Under the pieces are notes generated by a model. That model was not told where the DNA came from. It saw nothing but the letters and a program-made list of their open reading frames with translations, and searched no databases. DNA of 64,000 nt from an uncultured Anaerolineales bacterium (lineage in GTDB: Bacteria; Chloroflexota; Anaerolineae; B4-G1; SLSP01), in contig CAZDSF010000009.1 in the NCBI GenBank assembly GCA_964508025.1, positions 7,310-71,309 on the forward strand, given 5' to 3'. The position numbers were made by a program, and so were the translations under genes. Below, piece after piece: positions 37,128 through 47,917 of the stretch (its first letter is position 1; every line of letters starts with the position of its first letter).

Positions 37128-38357
37128 ATGAGTTGGAACGTCGAGGAAATTCGCCGCGAGTTCCCAATCCTACAACAACCGGTACATGGCAAGCGCCTGG
37201 TCTTCCTGGATAGCGCTGCTAGCGCCCAGAAGCCCCGCGCGGTGATCGAGGCGATCACTTCGGTGTACACCACGGCGTATGCCAACGTTCACCGGGGCTT
37301 GTACAGCCTGGCAGAGGCCGCGACCGAGCGTTACGAGGCGGCGCGGGAAAAGATCGCGCACTTTATCGGGACCCCTGATCCCGGCGAGATCATCTATGTC
37401 CGCAACGCCACCGAGGCGCTGAACCTGGTCGCCTACGCCTGGGGCCGGCATCACATTGGGGCCGGCGACCGTATCATCATTACCGAAATGGAGCATCACA
37501 GCAACCTGGTGCCTTGGATGCAGTTGGCGCAGGAACGAGATGCTGAACTGGCATATCTGCCGGTGACGGATGCGGGCGAGCTAGATCTCGCGGCGTTGCC
37601 GCCGCTGCTGGCGGATGGACGCGCGCGCCTGGTCGCCTTCACGCTGATGTCGAACGTGCTGGGGACGATTCCGCCCGCGCGCGAGCTCATCGCCCAGGCG
37701 CGACAAGCGGGAGCGATGGTGGTAGTGGATGGCGCACAGGCGGTACCGCACATACCGGTGAATGTGCAGGCATTGGGCGCGGATTTCCTGGCGATTTCGG
37801 CGCACAAACTTGGCGGGCCGGGCATCGGCGCGCTATGGGGTCGCCGGAAGCTGCTGGAAGCGATGTCGCCATTCCTCTTCGGCGGGGATATGATCCTCAG
37901 CGTGAAGAAGCACAGCGTCAGCTGGAATGATCTGCCCTACAAATTCGAGGCGGGGACGCCGGCCATCGCTGAAGCAGTGGGCTTTGGAGCGGCGGTGGAT
38001 TTTCTCTCCGCGCTGGGAATGGAAGCCGTGCAACAGCATGAACAAGCGTTGGTCGCCTACGCGCTGGAACAGCTGCCGGAGATACCGGGGCTGCACATTC
38101 TCGGGCCAACCCAATCACAACGTCGCGGCGGCGCGGTCTCGTTCTGGCTGGAAGGCATTCACCCGCACGATATCGCCTCAGTGCTAGATGCAGAAGGCGT
38201 CTGCATCCGCGCCGGGTTGCACTGCGCCGAGCCGTTACACGCCCGTTTTGGCCTGCCCGCCAGCGCGCGGGCAAGTTTCTACATTTACAACGACACAGAT
38301 GATGTAGACGCGCTGATCGCGGGGCTACATCGCGTGATCAAACTACTGCGGCGCTAA
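37128..38357 (+). CDS. sufS: Cysteine desulfurase SufS (class V aminotransferase)
   Basis: PLP-lysine context SAHKLGGPGIG and active-site loop RAGLHCAEPLHARFG. Confidence 0.85.
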   Translation: MSWNVEEIRREFPILQQPVHGKRLVFLDSAASAQKPRAVIEAITSVYTTAYANVHRGLYSLAEAATERYEAAREKIAHFIGTPDPGEIIYVRNATEALNLVAYAWGRHHIGAGDRIIITEMEHHSNLVPWMQLAQERDAELAYLPVTDAGELDLAALPPLLADGRARLVAFTLMSNVLGTIPPARELIAQARQAGAMVVVDGAQAVPHIPVNVQALGADFLAISAHKLGGPGIGALWGRRKLLEAMSPFLFGGDMILSVKKHSVSWNDLPYKFEAGTPAIAEAVGFGAAVDFLSALGMEAVQQHEQALVAYALEQLPEIPGLHILGPTQSQRRGGAVSFWLEGIHPHDIASVLDAEGVCIRAGLHCAEPLHARFGLPASARASFYIYNDTDDVDALIAGLHRVIKLLRR

Positions 38358-38383
38358 ACCGGCGCAGAAGAGACGAGGACATA

Positions 38384-38764
38384 ATGAGCGATCTATACCG
38401 TGAACAGATGTTGGAGCATTACCACGAGCCGCAGAATTTTGGCGTGTTGCCGGACGCAGAAGTGGATGTCCATCTCGACAATCCCACCTGCGGCGATACC
38501 ATCCACCTTACCGCGCAGCTCGACGCCGAAGGCCGCATCGCCAAAGTGATGTTCGAGGGGCACGGCTGCGTCATCAGTATGGCGGCGGCTTCGATGCTCA
38601 CCAAGGAGGTCATCGGCAAGACGCCGCAAGAAGTCGCAGCGCTGGAGCTGCACGACATCGAAACGATGATGGGCGGGCTACGCCTGAGCATGGGGCGGGT
38701 GAAGTGCGCGCTGCTTTCCGTCAATGCGCTCAAGAAGGGCTTGAAGGAACGCGGCAAGCTATAA
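38384..38764 (+). CDS. sufU: SufU/IscU-like Fe-S scaffold / sulfurtransferase
   Basis: NPTCGDTIHL...GHGCVISMAAASMLT...KCALLS (three Cys ligands). Confidence 0.85.
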   Translation: MSDLYREQMLEHYHEPQNFGVLPDAEVDVHLDNPTCGDTIHLTAQLDAEGRIAKVMFEGHGCVISMAAASMLTKEVIGKTPQEVAALELHDIETMMGGLRLSMGRVKCALLSVNALKKGLKERGKL

Positions 38765-38801
38765 CGCGACACTGATGAGCGTCGCAGCTGAGGAGGATGC
38801 T

Positions 38802-39557
38802 ATGCAGCGCGACGAGGTTCCGCCCCCCGCCAGCCATGCGGCTCGCGGGGGGTTTCGCTCCCCACAACGCTGGCGGCGAGCGGCGCTGCGGGTGGCTCTG
38901 CTTGCGGCGTTCGCGGGAGGGCTGCTCTGGTGGAGACCGGCGCTGGCGCCTTGGATCGCGCGGTTTCAGGATCGCGCCTGGGTGGAGGCGCTGATTCGGC
39001 GTTGGGGCGTATGGGCGCCGCTGGCTTCGATTGCGCTGAATGTGTTGCAGGTATTGCTGGCGCCGATTCCGGGGCAGATCTTCGCCCCGTTGAACGGTTA
39101 TCTGTTTGGGCCGTTATGGGGCGTCGTGATCAGCATCGTGGGTGTGCAACTCGGTTCGATGCTGGCGATGGGGCTAAGCCGACTCTTCGGGCGTCCGCTG
39201 GCGGAACGGCTCGTCGGCGCCGCGACACTGGCGCGATGGGATCGGCTCACCCGTCGCTGGGGCGCGCCGTTGATCGTGCTGGTATTCGCGCTCCCGCTGC
39301 TCCCCGATGATGTAATGTGCTTTGCCGCCGGCCTGACGGAAATCCCGCTGCGACGGTTGTTCGTGCTCACGCTGCTCGCGCGCTTTCCGGGCGTGGCGGT
39401 TGCAGTGCTGCTCGGTGATCGCGCTTTACGCTTGTCGCCGGCGGCGCTGGCAGGGCTGGGAGCGTGCCTGCTGGCAGCAGCCTGGCTCGTTGCGCGCTAT
39501 CATCGTCGCATCCAGGCGTGGTTCCTCTGGCGCTTTCGCCGTTATCTGCGCCAGTGA
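38802..39557 (+). CDS. TVP38/TMEM64 (DedA-related VTT domain) membrane protein
   Basis: LQVLLAPIPGQIFAPLNGYLFG and VFALPLLPDDVMCFAAGLT motifs. Confidence 0.65.
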   Translation: MQRDEVPPPASHAARGGFRSPQRWRRAALRVALLAAFAGGLLWWRPALAPWIARFQDRAWVEALIRRWGVWAPLASIALNVLQVLLAPIPGQIFAPLNGYLFGPLWGVVISIVGVQLGSMLAMGLSRLFGRPLAERLVGAATLARWDRLTRRWGAPLIVLVFALPLLPDDVMCFAAGLTEIPLRRLFVLTLLARFPGVAVAVLLGDRALRLSPAALAGLGACLLAAAWLVARYHRRIQAWFLWRFRRYLRQ

Positions 39558-39632
39558 CGCCAAAGCGGGCGCGGGGGTTGCCTGGCGCAAAGCGCGACGC
39601 CCGCCCACACCGGAGATACGCAACGCAGACGA

Positions 39633-40859
39633 TCAGGGTTCGAGCTCGCGGCGGATCATCGCCGAAAGCGTGGGTTGAGGCAAGATGCTATCAATGCGGA
39701 TCAGCGGATCGGGCAGCGTGATGGTCGGCGTGATCGTGTGCCGCCCCAGCGACAAGCCCGTCAAATCCACAAACGCGCCGACGCTAACCGGATCCAACTG
39801 GCTGATAATGTCGAAGGGGCCGCTGAGCACCAACCGCAATCGGGTAGGTTGCAATTCTACCGTGTAACCCCGTGGCAAGCCCAAAACCTCAGGCTCTACT
39901 GGTATCGTGACCCGGCTTTCTTGCATTTCAATCACGACTTCCACTAACACTTCTGGCGTCAACAACACCGAAAGCCCCTCCGGCATCTGAAAGCCCACAG
40001 TTGTGGTAAAACTTGCCTGTAAGCCGTTGATGGAAATCGGATCGGTTTCCAGGTAGCCAGCGGCATTCTGCACCACATCTTGTCTACCAATGACCGTCAC
40101 GATAGGAGGATCTACAGTAACGCCGCTCACCCGATATCCATCCGCAGGCTCACCCAACAGGATCACCCGCACAGCCATATCACGGATATTGCCGAGCTGC
40201 TCAACAGGCACACTGACCGAGATGCTTTTCGGAATCACTTCGACATAACTGATGGGGTTGCCGGTTTGGTCAACCGGCAACGCTTGCAGATCCCCGGTGA
40301 CCGTCTGCCGCTGCTCTTTGACCGAGATCTTGAGCTGCGCTCTGGCAACCTCAGCAACCAGCGACTCTGGGCCGCGCACCGTTACGGTCTGGGGAACGTG
40401 GGTCGCCGGGCGCGCCACAAAGCCCAGGGCCGGCGTTCCATCTATCACCACCAGGACAGGGACATCTTTTTCCGCCAGCGGCTCCAGGCTCAGCACGATT
40501 TCCTGGGGCGAGTATTCAGCAATTTGTACGGGGCCGCGCAAGACCTCAATGGTAACGGGCACAACGATATTCTTGCCTGGCTGCGTATTGCTGAGATTGA
40601 CGTAAGCGCGAATATCCTCCGGCTGAAGAATATCCCACAGCGATTGGGGCGCGCGAAGCACCACCCGCGCTTTAGCATTTTCGGCCCCATACGCGGCCAT
40701 GCGATCCTGGGGCACACCCCGCACTTCTATCGGGATGGCAGAAGGGTAGGGCCGCTCCACCGTGGGATCGCCGGTTTCTGTAGCGACAGCCCAGAAGAAA
40801 AAAGCCAGGGCCAGTGAGACCAGCATAAGTGTCAGGTTTTGTCCAAGTCGTTTGCTCAT
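39633..40859 (-). CDS. cdaR: YbbR-domain protein CdaR (regulator of diadenylate cyclase)
   Basis: N-terminal TM and repeated YbbR-like beta domains; immediately downstream of cdaA. Confidence 0.7.
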   Translation of the reverse strand: MSKRLGQNLTLMLVSLALAFFFWAVATETGDPTVERPYPSAIPIEVRGVPQDRMAAYGAENAKARVVLRAPQSLWDILQPEDIRAYVNLSNTQPGKNIVVPVTIEVLRGPVQIAEYSPQEIVLSLEPLAEKDVPVLVVIDGTPALGFVARPATHVPQTVTVRGPESLVAEVARAQLKISVKEQRQTVTGDLQALPVDQTGNPISYVEVIPKSISVSVPVEQLGNIRDMAVRVILLGEPADGYRVSGVTVDPPIVTVIGRQDVVQNAAGYLETDPISINGLQASFTTTVGFQMPEGLSVLLTPEVLVEVVIEMQESRVTIPVEPEVLGLPRGYTVELQPTRLRLVLSGPFDIISQLDPVSVGAFVDLTGLSLGRHTITPTITLPDPLIRIDSILPQPTLSAMIRRELEP

Positions 40860-40860
40860 C

Positions 40861-41712
40861 TCAGCGGCTCCGGGACGTGGTAGAAGCAGCGCTGGCAGGA
40901 TCGCGTTTGAGCCACCGCTGCAACATAGAAGATGACGCGGACTTCTGCGCGAAGAAGGTGCTGAGAATGGCCGTCAAACGGTCGGGGTCGAGATCACGGA
41001 TGATACGTCCGTTATGCGCCAACGAGATAGCGCCGCGCTCTTCAGATACCACCAGGGCGATAGCATCGCTATCTTCGGTGATGCCGATCGCCGCGCGATG
41101 CCGCAAGCCCAGCTGGCGATCCGAGAGAAAAGCGGAGGTCAGCGGCATCACACACGCCGCTGCCGCGATACGATGATCCTGGATGATGACGGCGCCATCA
41201 TGGAGCACCGTATGATGGTCGAAGATGGTCGTGAGCAGCTCCGTCGTCACCAGTGCGTCTATAAGCACACCGGTTTCGATGTATTCCTGCAAGCCGGTGC
41301 CGCGCTCGAAAACAATCAAGGCGCCGGTTTTGCGATTCGCCATATAGCGCACCGCAGTAGCGGTAGCGGCGAGCATTTTCTCACCCGCGTCATTGTTGGA
41401 AGCCGCGAGCGACAGAAAACGTCCGCGTCCCAGCCGCTCCAACGCCCGGCGCAATTCGGGCTGGAAGATAACCGGCAGGGCAAACAGGATCACCGGCAAT
41501 ACCTGCGTTACCAGCCAGCTGAGGGCTTGCAGGCGCACGATACGCCCCAGCAAAGCCAATGTCACCAGCAGGGCGGTAATCCCACGCAACAACGTCACGG
41601 CGCGCGTGCCGCGCAGCGCGTAGAAGATCGCAAAGAAAAGCATTGCGACCAGAGCAATATCCACCATATCCGGCCAGGATAGGCGCTCGATCAACCAACG
41701 AAGTTCCCACAT
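40861..41712 (-). CDS. cdaA: Diadenylate cyclase CdaA (DisA_N/DAC domain, membrane-anchored)
   Basis: Three N-terminal TM helices and the DAC motifs ALIVFERG, HDGAVII and LGLRHRAAIGITEDSDAIALVVSEERGAIS. Confidence 0.85.
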   Translation of the reverse strand: MWELRWLIERLSWPDMVDIALVAMLFFAIFYALRGTRAVTLLRGITALLVTLALLGRIVRLQALSWLVTQVLPVILFALPVIFQPELRRALERLGRGRFLSLAASNNDAGEKMLAATATAVRYMANRKTGALIVFERGTGLQEYIETGVLIDALVTTELLTTIFDHHTVLHDGAVIIQDHRIAAAACVMPLTSAFLSDRQLGLRHRAAIGITEDSDAIALVVSEERGAISLAHNGRIIRDLDPDRLTAILSTFFAQKSASSSMLQRWLKRDPASAASTTSRSR

Positions 41713-41730
41713 AGTTATGTTACACGGCTC

Positions 41731-43992
41731 TCAAGGCGACGTTTGACCGGTGAGTTGATCGTGCAAGCTCACATAAGCCTCGATATTCGCCGGTTTCAGC
41801 GCAATGATCGCCTCCAGGGTTTTGATAGCGTCAGCCTGCTGTCCGGCTTCCAATTGCAGGTCGCCCAGCACATCCAGGTGCTCTAGCGCTTTTTGCCGCT
41901 TGCCCGTGTTGAGATAGAGCTGCGCGGCGCGAAAACGCAACGGGATGGACTCAGGCTGCTCATGGATCAGATCTTCCAGAATGACGGCGGCTTTCTCACT
42001 GCGTTGCGTCTCCAGATAATGCTTGAGCAACTGATCCAGGGCTGCAACCGCAAGATGTGCGCGACCGACGCGCGGATAGAGGCGCATAAGCCCCAGATGC
42101 GCGCGCTCGTCATCGGGGGCAATGCGGGTGATTTCCTGATAATGCTTGATGGCGCTTTTCCAATCCAAACGTTGCATGTCGAGATCGGCCATGCGGTGCA
42201 GGATACGCACATTCCACTGTTTTTCAGGCGTCCCGCGCGGCGCCAGGCGCAACGCTTCCGCATAGGTATCCTGCGCGCGCTCCAGTTGCGCCAGTTGATA
42301 GTAGGCGTCGGCAAGCTCCAGATATCGGGCCAGGGCGTCATCAATCTGTCCCCGTTGAATCAGCATCTCAATCATGCGCGCGTGAATGGTGAAGTCCAGA
42401 GGCGAGAGTTCGAGAATCTGATGGTAGGCGGCCAATGCCAGCGGAATCTGTCCGCGAATCTCATAAGCCTGGGCAATGATGCGCATTTTCTCGATGGCAC
42501 TCTCCAGATTGCCGCTTTCGATGTAGAGCTGCGCCAACATACTGTGCAACGGCAGGTAGTACGGCGCCTTGCCAATAGAATAGGATAGCTCCTCCAGGGC
42601 GGCGTAGGTCTTCTTACGCCGGAGGTATTCCTGCGCCAGCGCCGCAGAACGCAACACATCTTCCGAACCAGAGAGGCTCAGGATTTCCGCCAGGCTCAGC
42701 ACGGTGCCGCTGCGCGCCATGCTGTCAAGTCGCCGCCGCGCCTTGAGGACTTCTTCCTCCCAGCCGCGCTGCCCCAGAAAGCCCACCAACGAGTTGACGA
42801 GATGCTGAATGCGTTCCGGCTCGCCGGTATTCACCAGGTTTTGCGCCAGCCCTTCATACACGCGGATGAGATCATCCACCTGTGTGCGTTCGACCGTGGT
42901 CAGGTCAATCACTTTGACGGCTTCGATAAAATGCTCTAGCGCTGCATCGAAGCGCCCCTGCGCTTGATAGCACTCGCCTAACGCGAAGTGGCTGCCCAGG
43001 AGATACTCAGGATCGGGCAAGGAACGCTCTAACTGGCTGATGGCCTCATCAAAGCGCATCTGCTCTTTATAGAGCAACCCCAGGTTGAAGTGGATTGAGG
43101 GCAAAGAGGTGCCCGCCGCCGCCAGACGCTCGTAAGCGCCCAGCGCGGTTTCCAAATCGCCGCGCGTCTGTGCATCCACGGCTTGCCCGATGAGCAAGCT
43201 CACCTCTTCGCTGGAAAGCCCCGGCGTCGCCGGACGTTCGTCATCGAAGAGGGATTCGGCTAACGATTCCAGCGCGCGCTGCCGCGCAATATCGGTAACG
43301 CTGCCCGCCTCGGCAACCAGATCTTCGATTGTTTCCTCTTCCAGCGCCGCCTCAGGCAGGCCCGCATCCCCCAACATGCCCGTAGCAACTGGGACAGGCA
43401 CCGGTCGCCCGCTCTGGAGCAGCAACATCACCTGCCCCAGTTGCCGATCGTTGGGCGTGAAACGCTGCATCTGCCGGCAAACTTCGATAGCCCACCGGTT
43501 GTGCTCGTGCTGATACAAATGCGCCAGCCAGAGGGTGGCGCGCAACGCCTTGTCCAGCATTCCCTGCTCCTGATAATACTTGAGCAGATCGGCCCAGGCG
43601 CGGTCATTGCGGGGGTTGTGCCGCACAGCGCTTTCCAGATTCGCCACGCGCTTATCCGTCAAACCCTGCGCCGCATACAGCGCTGCCGCTTCGATGTAGC
43701 GCGTTGCCGCCGCTTCGTTATCGCCGCGATGGGCCAAAATCTCGGCTAACCGCTCCCGGGGGCCGGGATCCTTGGGCGTGAGCGTTGTCAAGCGCTCATA
43801 GATCTCAGCTGCCTTTTCCAGGTCCCCAACATTGAACAAAGCCCAGGCGTAGCCCATGAGCGCAGAGCTGTCCTCCGGGAATTCCTGCAAGGCCCGGCTA
43901 TAAGCTTCAACTGCATCCGGCCATTTGTTCTGCCAGATCAGTTCGTTGGCCCGTTGCAACGCTTGTTCAAATCGCTGACGATTCCCGGCCAT
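41731..43992 (-). CDS. TPR-repeat protein (753 aa)
   Basis: Continuous TPR periodicity (W/LG/Y/A/F/A/P pattern). Confidence 0.7.
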   Translation of the reverse strand: MAGNRQRFEQALQRANELIWQNKWPDAVEAYSRALQEFPEDSSALMGYAWALFNVGDLEKAAEIYERLTTLTPKDPGPRERLAEILAHRGDNEAAATRYIEAAALYAAQGLTDKRVANLESAVRHNPRNDRAWADLLKYYQEQGMLDKALRATLWLAHLYQHEHNRWAIEVCRQMQRFTPNDRQLGQVMLLLQSGRPVPVPVATGMLGDAGLPEAALEEETIEDLVAEAGSVTDIARQRALESLAESLFDDERPATPGLSSEEVSLLIGQAVDAQTRGDLETALGAYERLAAAGTSLPSIHFNLGLLYKEQMRFDEAISQLERSLPDPEYLLGSHFALGECYQAQGRFDAALEHFIEAVKVIDLTTVERTQVDDLIRVYEGLAQNLVNTGEPERIQHLVNSLVGFLGQRGWEEEVLKARRRLDSMARSGTVLSLAEILSLSGSEDVLRSAALAQEYLRRKKTYAALEELSYSIGKAPYYLPLHSMLAQLYIESGNLESAIEKMRIIAQAYEIRGQIPLALAAYHQILELSPLDFTIHARMIEMLIQRGQIDDALARYLELADAYYQLAQLERAQDTYAEALRLAPRGTPEKQWNVRILHRMADLDMQRLDWKSAIKHYQEITRIAPDDERAHLGLMRLYPRVGRAHLAVAALDQLLKHYLETQRSEKAAVILEDLIHEQPESIPLRFRAAQLYLNTGKRQKALEHLDVLGDLQLEAGQQADAIKTLEAIIALKPANIEAYVSLHDQLTGQTSP

Positions 43993-44095
43993 GGCTCCTC
44001 CTGGAAGATCTCAAAGCGGAAATACCGCGCCACAAGGATACAAAACTCAAGGATTTGTGGCTTGAATATGAAAGGCTGTACAGGCGTCGGGAAGA

Positions 44096-45016
44096 TTATG
44101 CTTCCAAAACCCAGACGAGGATGGCTTTCTGGCCGTGCATCCGGTTCTCGGCTTGATCAAAGATCACGGATTGCGGGCCGTCGGCAACCTCATTGGTGAT
44201 CTCTTCGCCGCGATGCGCGGGCAAGCAGTGCATCACGATAGCATCTTTCTTGGCAAAAGCCAGCAGCTCTGTGTTGACCTGATAGGGCGGGAAGATCTTG
44301 CGGCGCTCTTCGGCCTCCGCTTCCTGTCCCATGGAAGTCCAGGTGTCGGTGTAGACCACATCGGCATCCGCAATCGCCTCACGGGGATCGTTGGTGACGT
44401 GGATTTTGGAGCCGCTTTCCGCCGCGAATTGCTGCGCCAGTTCCATCACATCCGCGCGCAGGCTGTAGCCCTCCGGCGCGCCGAGCGTGAAATCCATGCC
44501 CAGTTTGGTCGCACCAAAGATGAGCGAATGGGTGACGTTGTTACTATCGCCCAAATAAGTCAACTTGCGCCCTTTGAGCTCGCCCTTATGTTCGAACATC
44601 GTGAGAAAATCGGCCACACCCTGGCAGGGATGGGAATAATCAGAAAGCCCGTTGATGACGGGGACGGATGACCATTGCGCCAGCTCTACCACATCGGCAT
44701 GAGCAAAAACGCGCGCCATCACCACCTGCACATAGCGCGCCAGCACACGGGAGACATCCGCGACGCTCTCGCGCTTCCCGAGCTGAATTTCGTTGGGGGA
44801 GAGATACAGTGCGTGCCCGCCCAAGTGCAACATCGCCATATCAAACGACACGCGTGTGCGCAGGCTCGGCTTTTGGAAGACCATCCCCAACACCTTGCCT
44901 TTGAGCAACGGCGCATTGCCGCCTGCTTTCCATTCTGTTTTCAGCTGTACCGCCAGATCCAAAATGGACTGTAACTCGGCGGCGGTCAAATCGGCCAATG
45001 TCAGAAAGTGCTTCAT
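44096..45016 (-). CDS. argF: Ornithine carbamoyltransferase
   Basis: SLRTRVSFD (STRTR carbamoyl-phosphate motif) and HCLPAHRGEEI. Confidence 0.9.
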   Translation of the reverse strand: MKHFLTLADLTAAELQSILDLAVQLKTEWKAGGNAPLLKGKVLGMVFQKPSLRTRVSFDMAMLHLGGHALYLSPNEIQLGKRESVADVSRVLARYVQVVMARVFAHADVVELAQWSSVPVINGLSDYSHPCQGVADFLTMFEHKGELKGRKLTYLGDSNNVTHSLIFGATKLGMDFTLGAPEGYSLRADVMELAQQFAAESGSKIHVTNDPREAIADADVVYTDTWTSMGQEAEAEERRKIFPPYQVNTELLAFAKKDAIVMHCLPAHRGEEITNEVADGPQSVIFDQAENRMHGQKAILVWVLEA

Positions 45017-45288
45017 ATTTACCTCCAGGGCTGTATACTTGTTGTAGAACCCAAATCAAGTATACCACGAAGCCCAAACGAAAAAAGCGCGTATGCAAGA
45101 GGGCCACAATTTTGGGGACACTCCGCGTGAACGGTGGTAACAGATGTCATCCTGCTTTGCCTATACTTGCCGGTTGAAGTGCTGGCATGAGCGTGCTATA
45201 CTGAATGCTGGAAACGGGTCGCTCGTCACCATGACTCCTGACCGCATGACTTTTGATTTGCAATTTGTGATTCGAAAGGAGACCACCT

Positions 45289-46341
45289 ATGTCCATAATG
45301 CAAGCGGTTGCTAAGGCGCAGCCCGCGCCCGGATTGGAAGCGATTCAGGCGCCAATTCCGGTTCCCGGCCCCCGTGATGTCCTGATCAAGGTCAAAGCCA
45401 CCTCCATCTGCGGTACCGATGTCCACATTTACAAGTGGGATCGCTGGTCGCAGGGGCGCATCAAACCGCCGCTGATTGTGGGGCACGAGTTCACCGGCGA
45501 GATTGTGGCGGTGGGCGAGCAGGTGCGCCCCGATGAGCCGGGCGTGGGCGATTATGTCTCAGCGGAGAGCCACATCGTCTGCGGTGTGTGCCAGCAGTGC
45601 CGGTTGGGGCTAGGGCACATCTGCCCGAACACCCGCATCATTGGCGTGGATATTGACGGCTGTTATGCTGAGTATATCGCCATCCCGGTGGAGAACGCCT
45701 GGAAAAACCCTGAAGATATGCCCGTGCCGGTCGCCAGCTTGCAGGAGAATTTCGGCAACGCCGTGCATACCGTCGCGGCGACCGATGTGCGCGGCAAGAC
45801 GGTGCTTGTCACCGGCTGCGGGCCGGCGGGGCTGATGTCTATCCCCGTAGCGCGGGCTTTCGGTGCGGAGACCATCGTGGCGACGGATCTCAGCCCCTAT
45901 CGGCTGGAGCTGGCGCGCAAAGTGGGCGCGGATCTGGCCGTGAATCCGGCGGAAGATGACCTGTTCCAGCGGGCGCAGGATGCCGTGCGCGGTAAGGGCT
46001 TTGATGTGTTGATCGAAATGTCCGGCGCTCCGCAAGCCTTGGTGCAGGGATTGCGCCTGCTCAAACCTGGCGGGGCTGCCTCACTGCTGGGACTGGCGCC
46101 GGGCGTGCTCAATGAATTCGACCTGAACAATCTGGTCATCATGAAGGGTGTAACAGTGTATGGCATCGCCGGGCGGCGGATGTGGGAGACCTGGTACCAG
46201 ATGCGCGCGCTCATCGCTTCCGGCGCGGTGGATTTGCGCCCCATCATCACGCACGAGTTCCCCCTGAGCCGCTGGCACGAGGCGATGGAGACAATGGCTT
46301 CGGGCAATAGCGGGAAGATTGTGCTGTATCCGGGTTCGTAG
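45289..46341 (+). CDS. tdh: L-threonine 3-dehydrogenase (Zn-dependent MDR family)
   Basis: ICGTDVHIYKWDRWSQ...GHEFTGEIVAVG and structural-Zn Cys cluster CGVCQQC; kbl is nearby. Confidence 0.8.
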   Translation: MSIMQAVAKAQPAPGLEAIQAPIPVPGPRDVLIKVKATSICGTDVHIYKWDRWSQGRIKPPLIVGHEFTGEIVAVGEQVRPDEPGVGDYVSAESHIVCGVCQQCRLGLGHICPNTRIIGVDIDGCYAEYIAIPVENAWKNPEDMPVPVASLQENFGNAVHTVAATDVRGKTVLVTGCGPAGLMSIPVARAFGAETIVATDLSPYRLELARKVGADLAVNPAEDDLFQRAQDAVRGKGFDVLIEMSGAPQALVQGLRLLKPGGAASLLGLAPGVLNEFDLNNLVIMKGVTVYGIAGRRMWETWYQMRALIASGAVDLRPIITHEFPLSRWHEAMETMASGNSGKIVLYPGS

Positions 46342-46436
46342 AAAGTAGTGAGTAGCGAGCGGTTCGCATTGCCTAAACTGCTCACTACTCACGGCTCACC
46401 CATTACTACCATATTTAAGAGGAAATAGGAAACATC
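46342..46436 (+). promoter_or_regulatory. Copy C of the recurrent 5' leader element
   Basis: AGTAGTGAGTAGCGAGCGG...CTGCTCACTACTCACGGCTCACCCATTACTACCATATTTAAGAGG, before the ATG at 46437. Confidence 0.5.
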
Positions 46437-47891
46437 ATGACCCTTATCACAACCAACTATCAACCCAGAATGACCCCCAATGCGCCGGATAAGTTAAACA
46501 TCAAACGCACAATCTTCTTGTCCCTGGCTTTCATGTCCGTGCTTGCCGGATTAGGCTATTACAATCTGGCCGTCCCACTGCTCTTAGGCGATGCGCAATA
46601 TGGCTTAGTCCCCAAAGATTTGCTCTTGTTCGGCATTTTCGGCCAGCAAACCGTGATCGGCGCGATTTTAGTCCTCGACAATATCCTGGCCCTCTTGCTA
46701 CAGCCGTATTTTGCCGCGTTGAGCGATCGCGCCCAGAGCAAATGGGGCCGGCGGATGCCATTTATTCTCATCGGGGGCATCTCCGCTGCGTTTTTCTTCA
46801 TCGTCACACCCTTGTTCAAAGTGCTGCTAGGTCTCATTGCGATCCTCTTCTTCTTCAATGTGGCGATGGCCTTTTATCGTAGCGCGGCGCTCACGTTGTT
46901 GGCGGATTACACACCCGATGCAGTCAGATCCAAAGGCAGCGGCTTACAACAATTGGTCGCCAACGGCGGAGCCATTTTTGCCTTCCTACTCCCTACACTC
47001 ATTAACATCGTTCGTCCCGGCATCTCCACTTTCGATGCGCGGTATCTGGGCTTTCCAATCATCGCCGTTGTGATGCTCATCATCCTGGCCGTGCTATTCA
47101 AGACGATCAAAGAAACCCCCACCGGAGATAGTTTCCTGAAAATTGGCGATACGCCCATCGCCATTGACCCGGTCAATTTTGAGGTGCAGACCTCCAGTGC
47201 TGCTGTAGAGAAATCCAGGCGCAATTGGGCTTACTTCAAGAATGCGCTCTTCGGCAAAAATCGCAGTATGCTGTTCCTGATGATCTACACCTACTTCTCC
47301 TACACCGCGTTTGCTTCCATCGAGGCATTCTTCACGATCTTCGCCAATAACTACCTCGGCATCGGGGATGGACAAGCCGGACAACTGTTGTTGATCTATA
47401 CCGCCACCATGATCATTTCAGCGTTTGTATCGGGCATGATCGGCCAAAAGATCGGGCGACAAAAGGCGCTGCGGCTGGGCACCACGGGGCTGATTGTGGT
47501 GATGGCCCTGTTATCCTTTGTCGTGACCTTGAAACAGCCGATTTGGATCGCGGTGTTGTTTGTGCCGGTGGGCTTCTTCTGGATGACAGTGATTGTCAAC
47601 ATTTTCCCAGTGCTGTGGAGTCTCGCGCCGGGCGGGGACGAAGGCGCGTACACCGGCATTTACTATTCTTTCAACCAGGCCGCCTACGTTTTCGGGCCAA
47701 TCCTCATGGGTCTGGTGTTTGATTTCATCGGTGGGGGAATGGGCAACGACAAATATGTGCTCATGTTCCCCTTTATCGTTTTCTGTGAGATTTGCGCCTT
47801 TGTTTTGTTGTACGGGGTCAAGGGCGGCGAAGCGCGCTTGAGTGAAGCCGAAATCGAGGCCCTACGCGAGCAACTGGTTGAAGCGAACTGA
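46437..47891 (+). CDS. MFS transporter
   Basis: 12-TM architecture and an MFS loop motif (LSDRAQSKWGRRMPF). Confidence 0.75.
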   Translation: MTLITTNYQPRMTPNAPDKLNIKRTIFLSLAFMSVLAGLGYYNLAVPLLLGDAQYGLVPKDLLLFGIFGQQTVIGAILVLDNILALLLQPYFAALSDRAQSKWGRRMPFILIGGISAAFFFIVTPLFKVLLGLIAILFFFNVAMAFYRSAALTLLADYTPDAVRSKGSGLQQLVANGGAIFAFLLPTLINIVRPGISTFDARYLGFPIIAVVMLIILAVLFKTIKETPTGDSFLKIGDTPIAIDPVNFEVQTSSAAVEKSRRNWAYFKNALFGKNRSMLFLMIYTYFSYTAFASIEAFFTIFANNYLGIGDGQAGQLLLIYTATMIISAFVSGMIGQKIGRQKALRLGTTGLIVVMALLSFVVTLKQPIWIAVLFVPVGFFWMTVIVNIFPVLWSLAPGGDEGAYTGIYYSFNQAAYVFGPILMGLVFDFIGGGMGNDKYVLMFPFIVFCEICAFVLLYGVKGGEARLSEAEIEALREQLVEAN

Positions 47892-47917
47892 ATTCCGACT
47901 GCTTGCAAATAACGAAC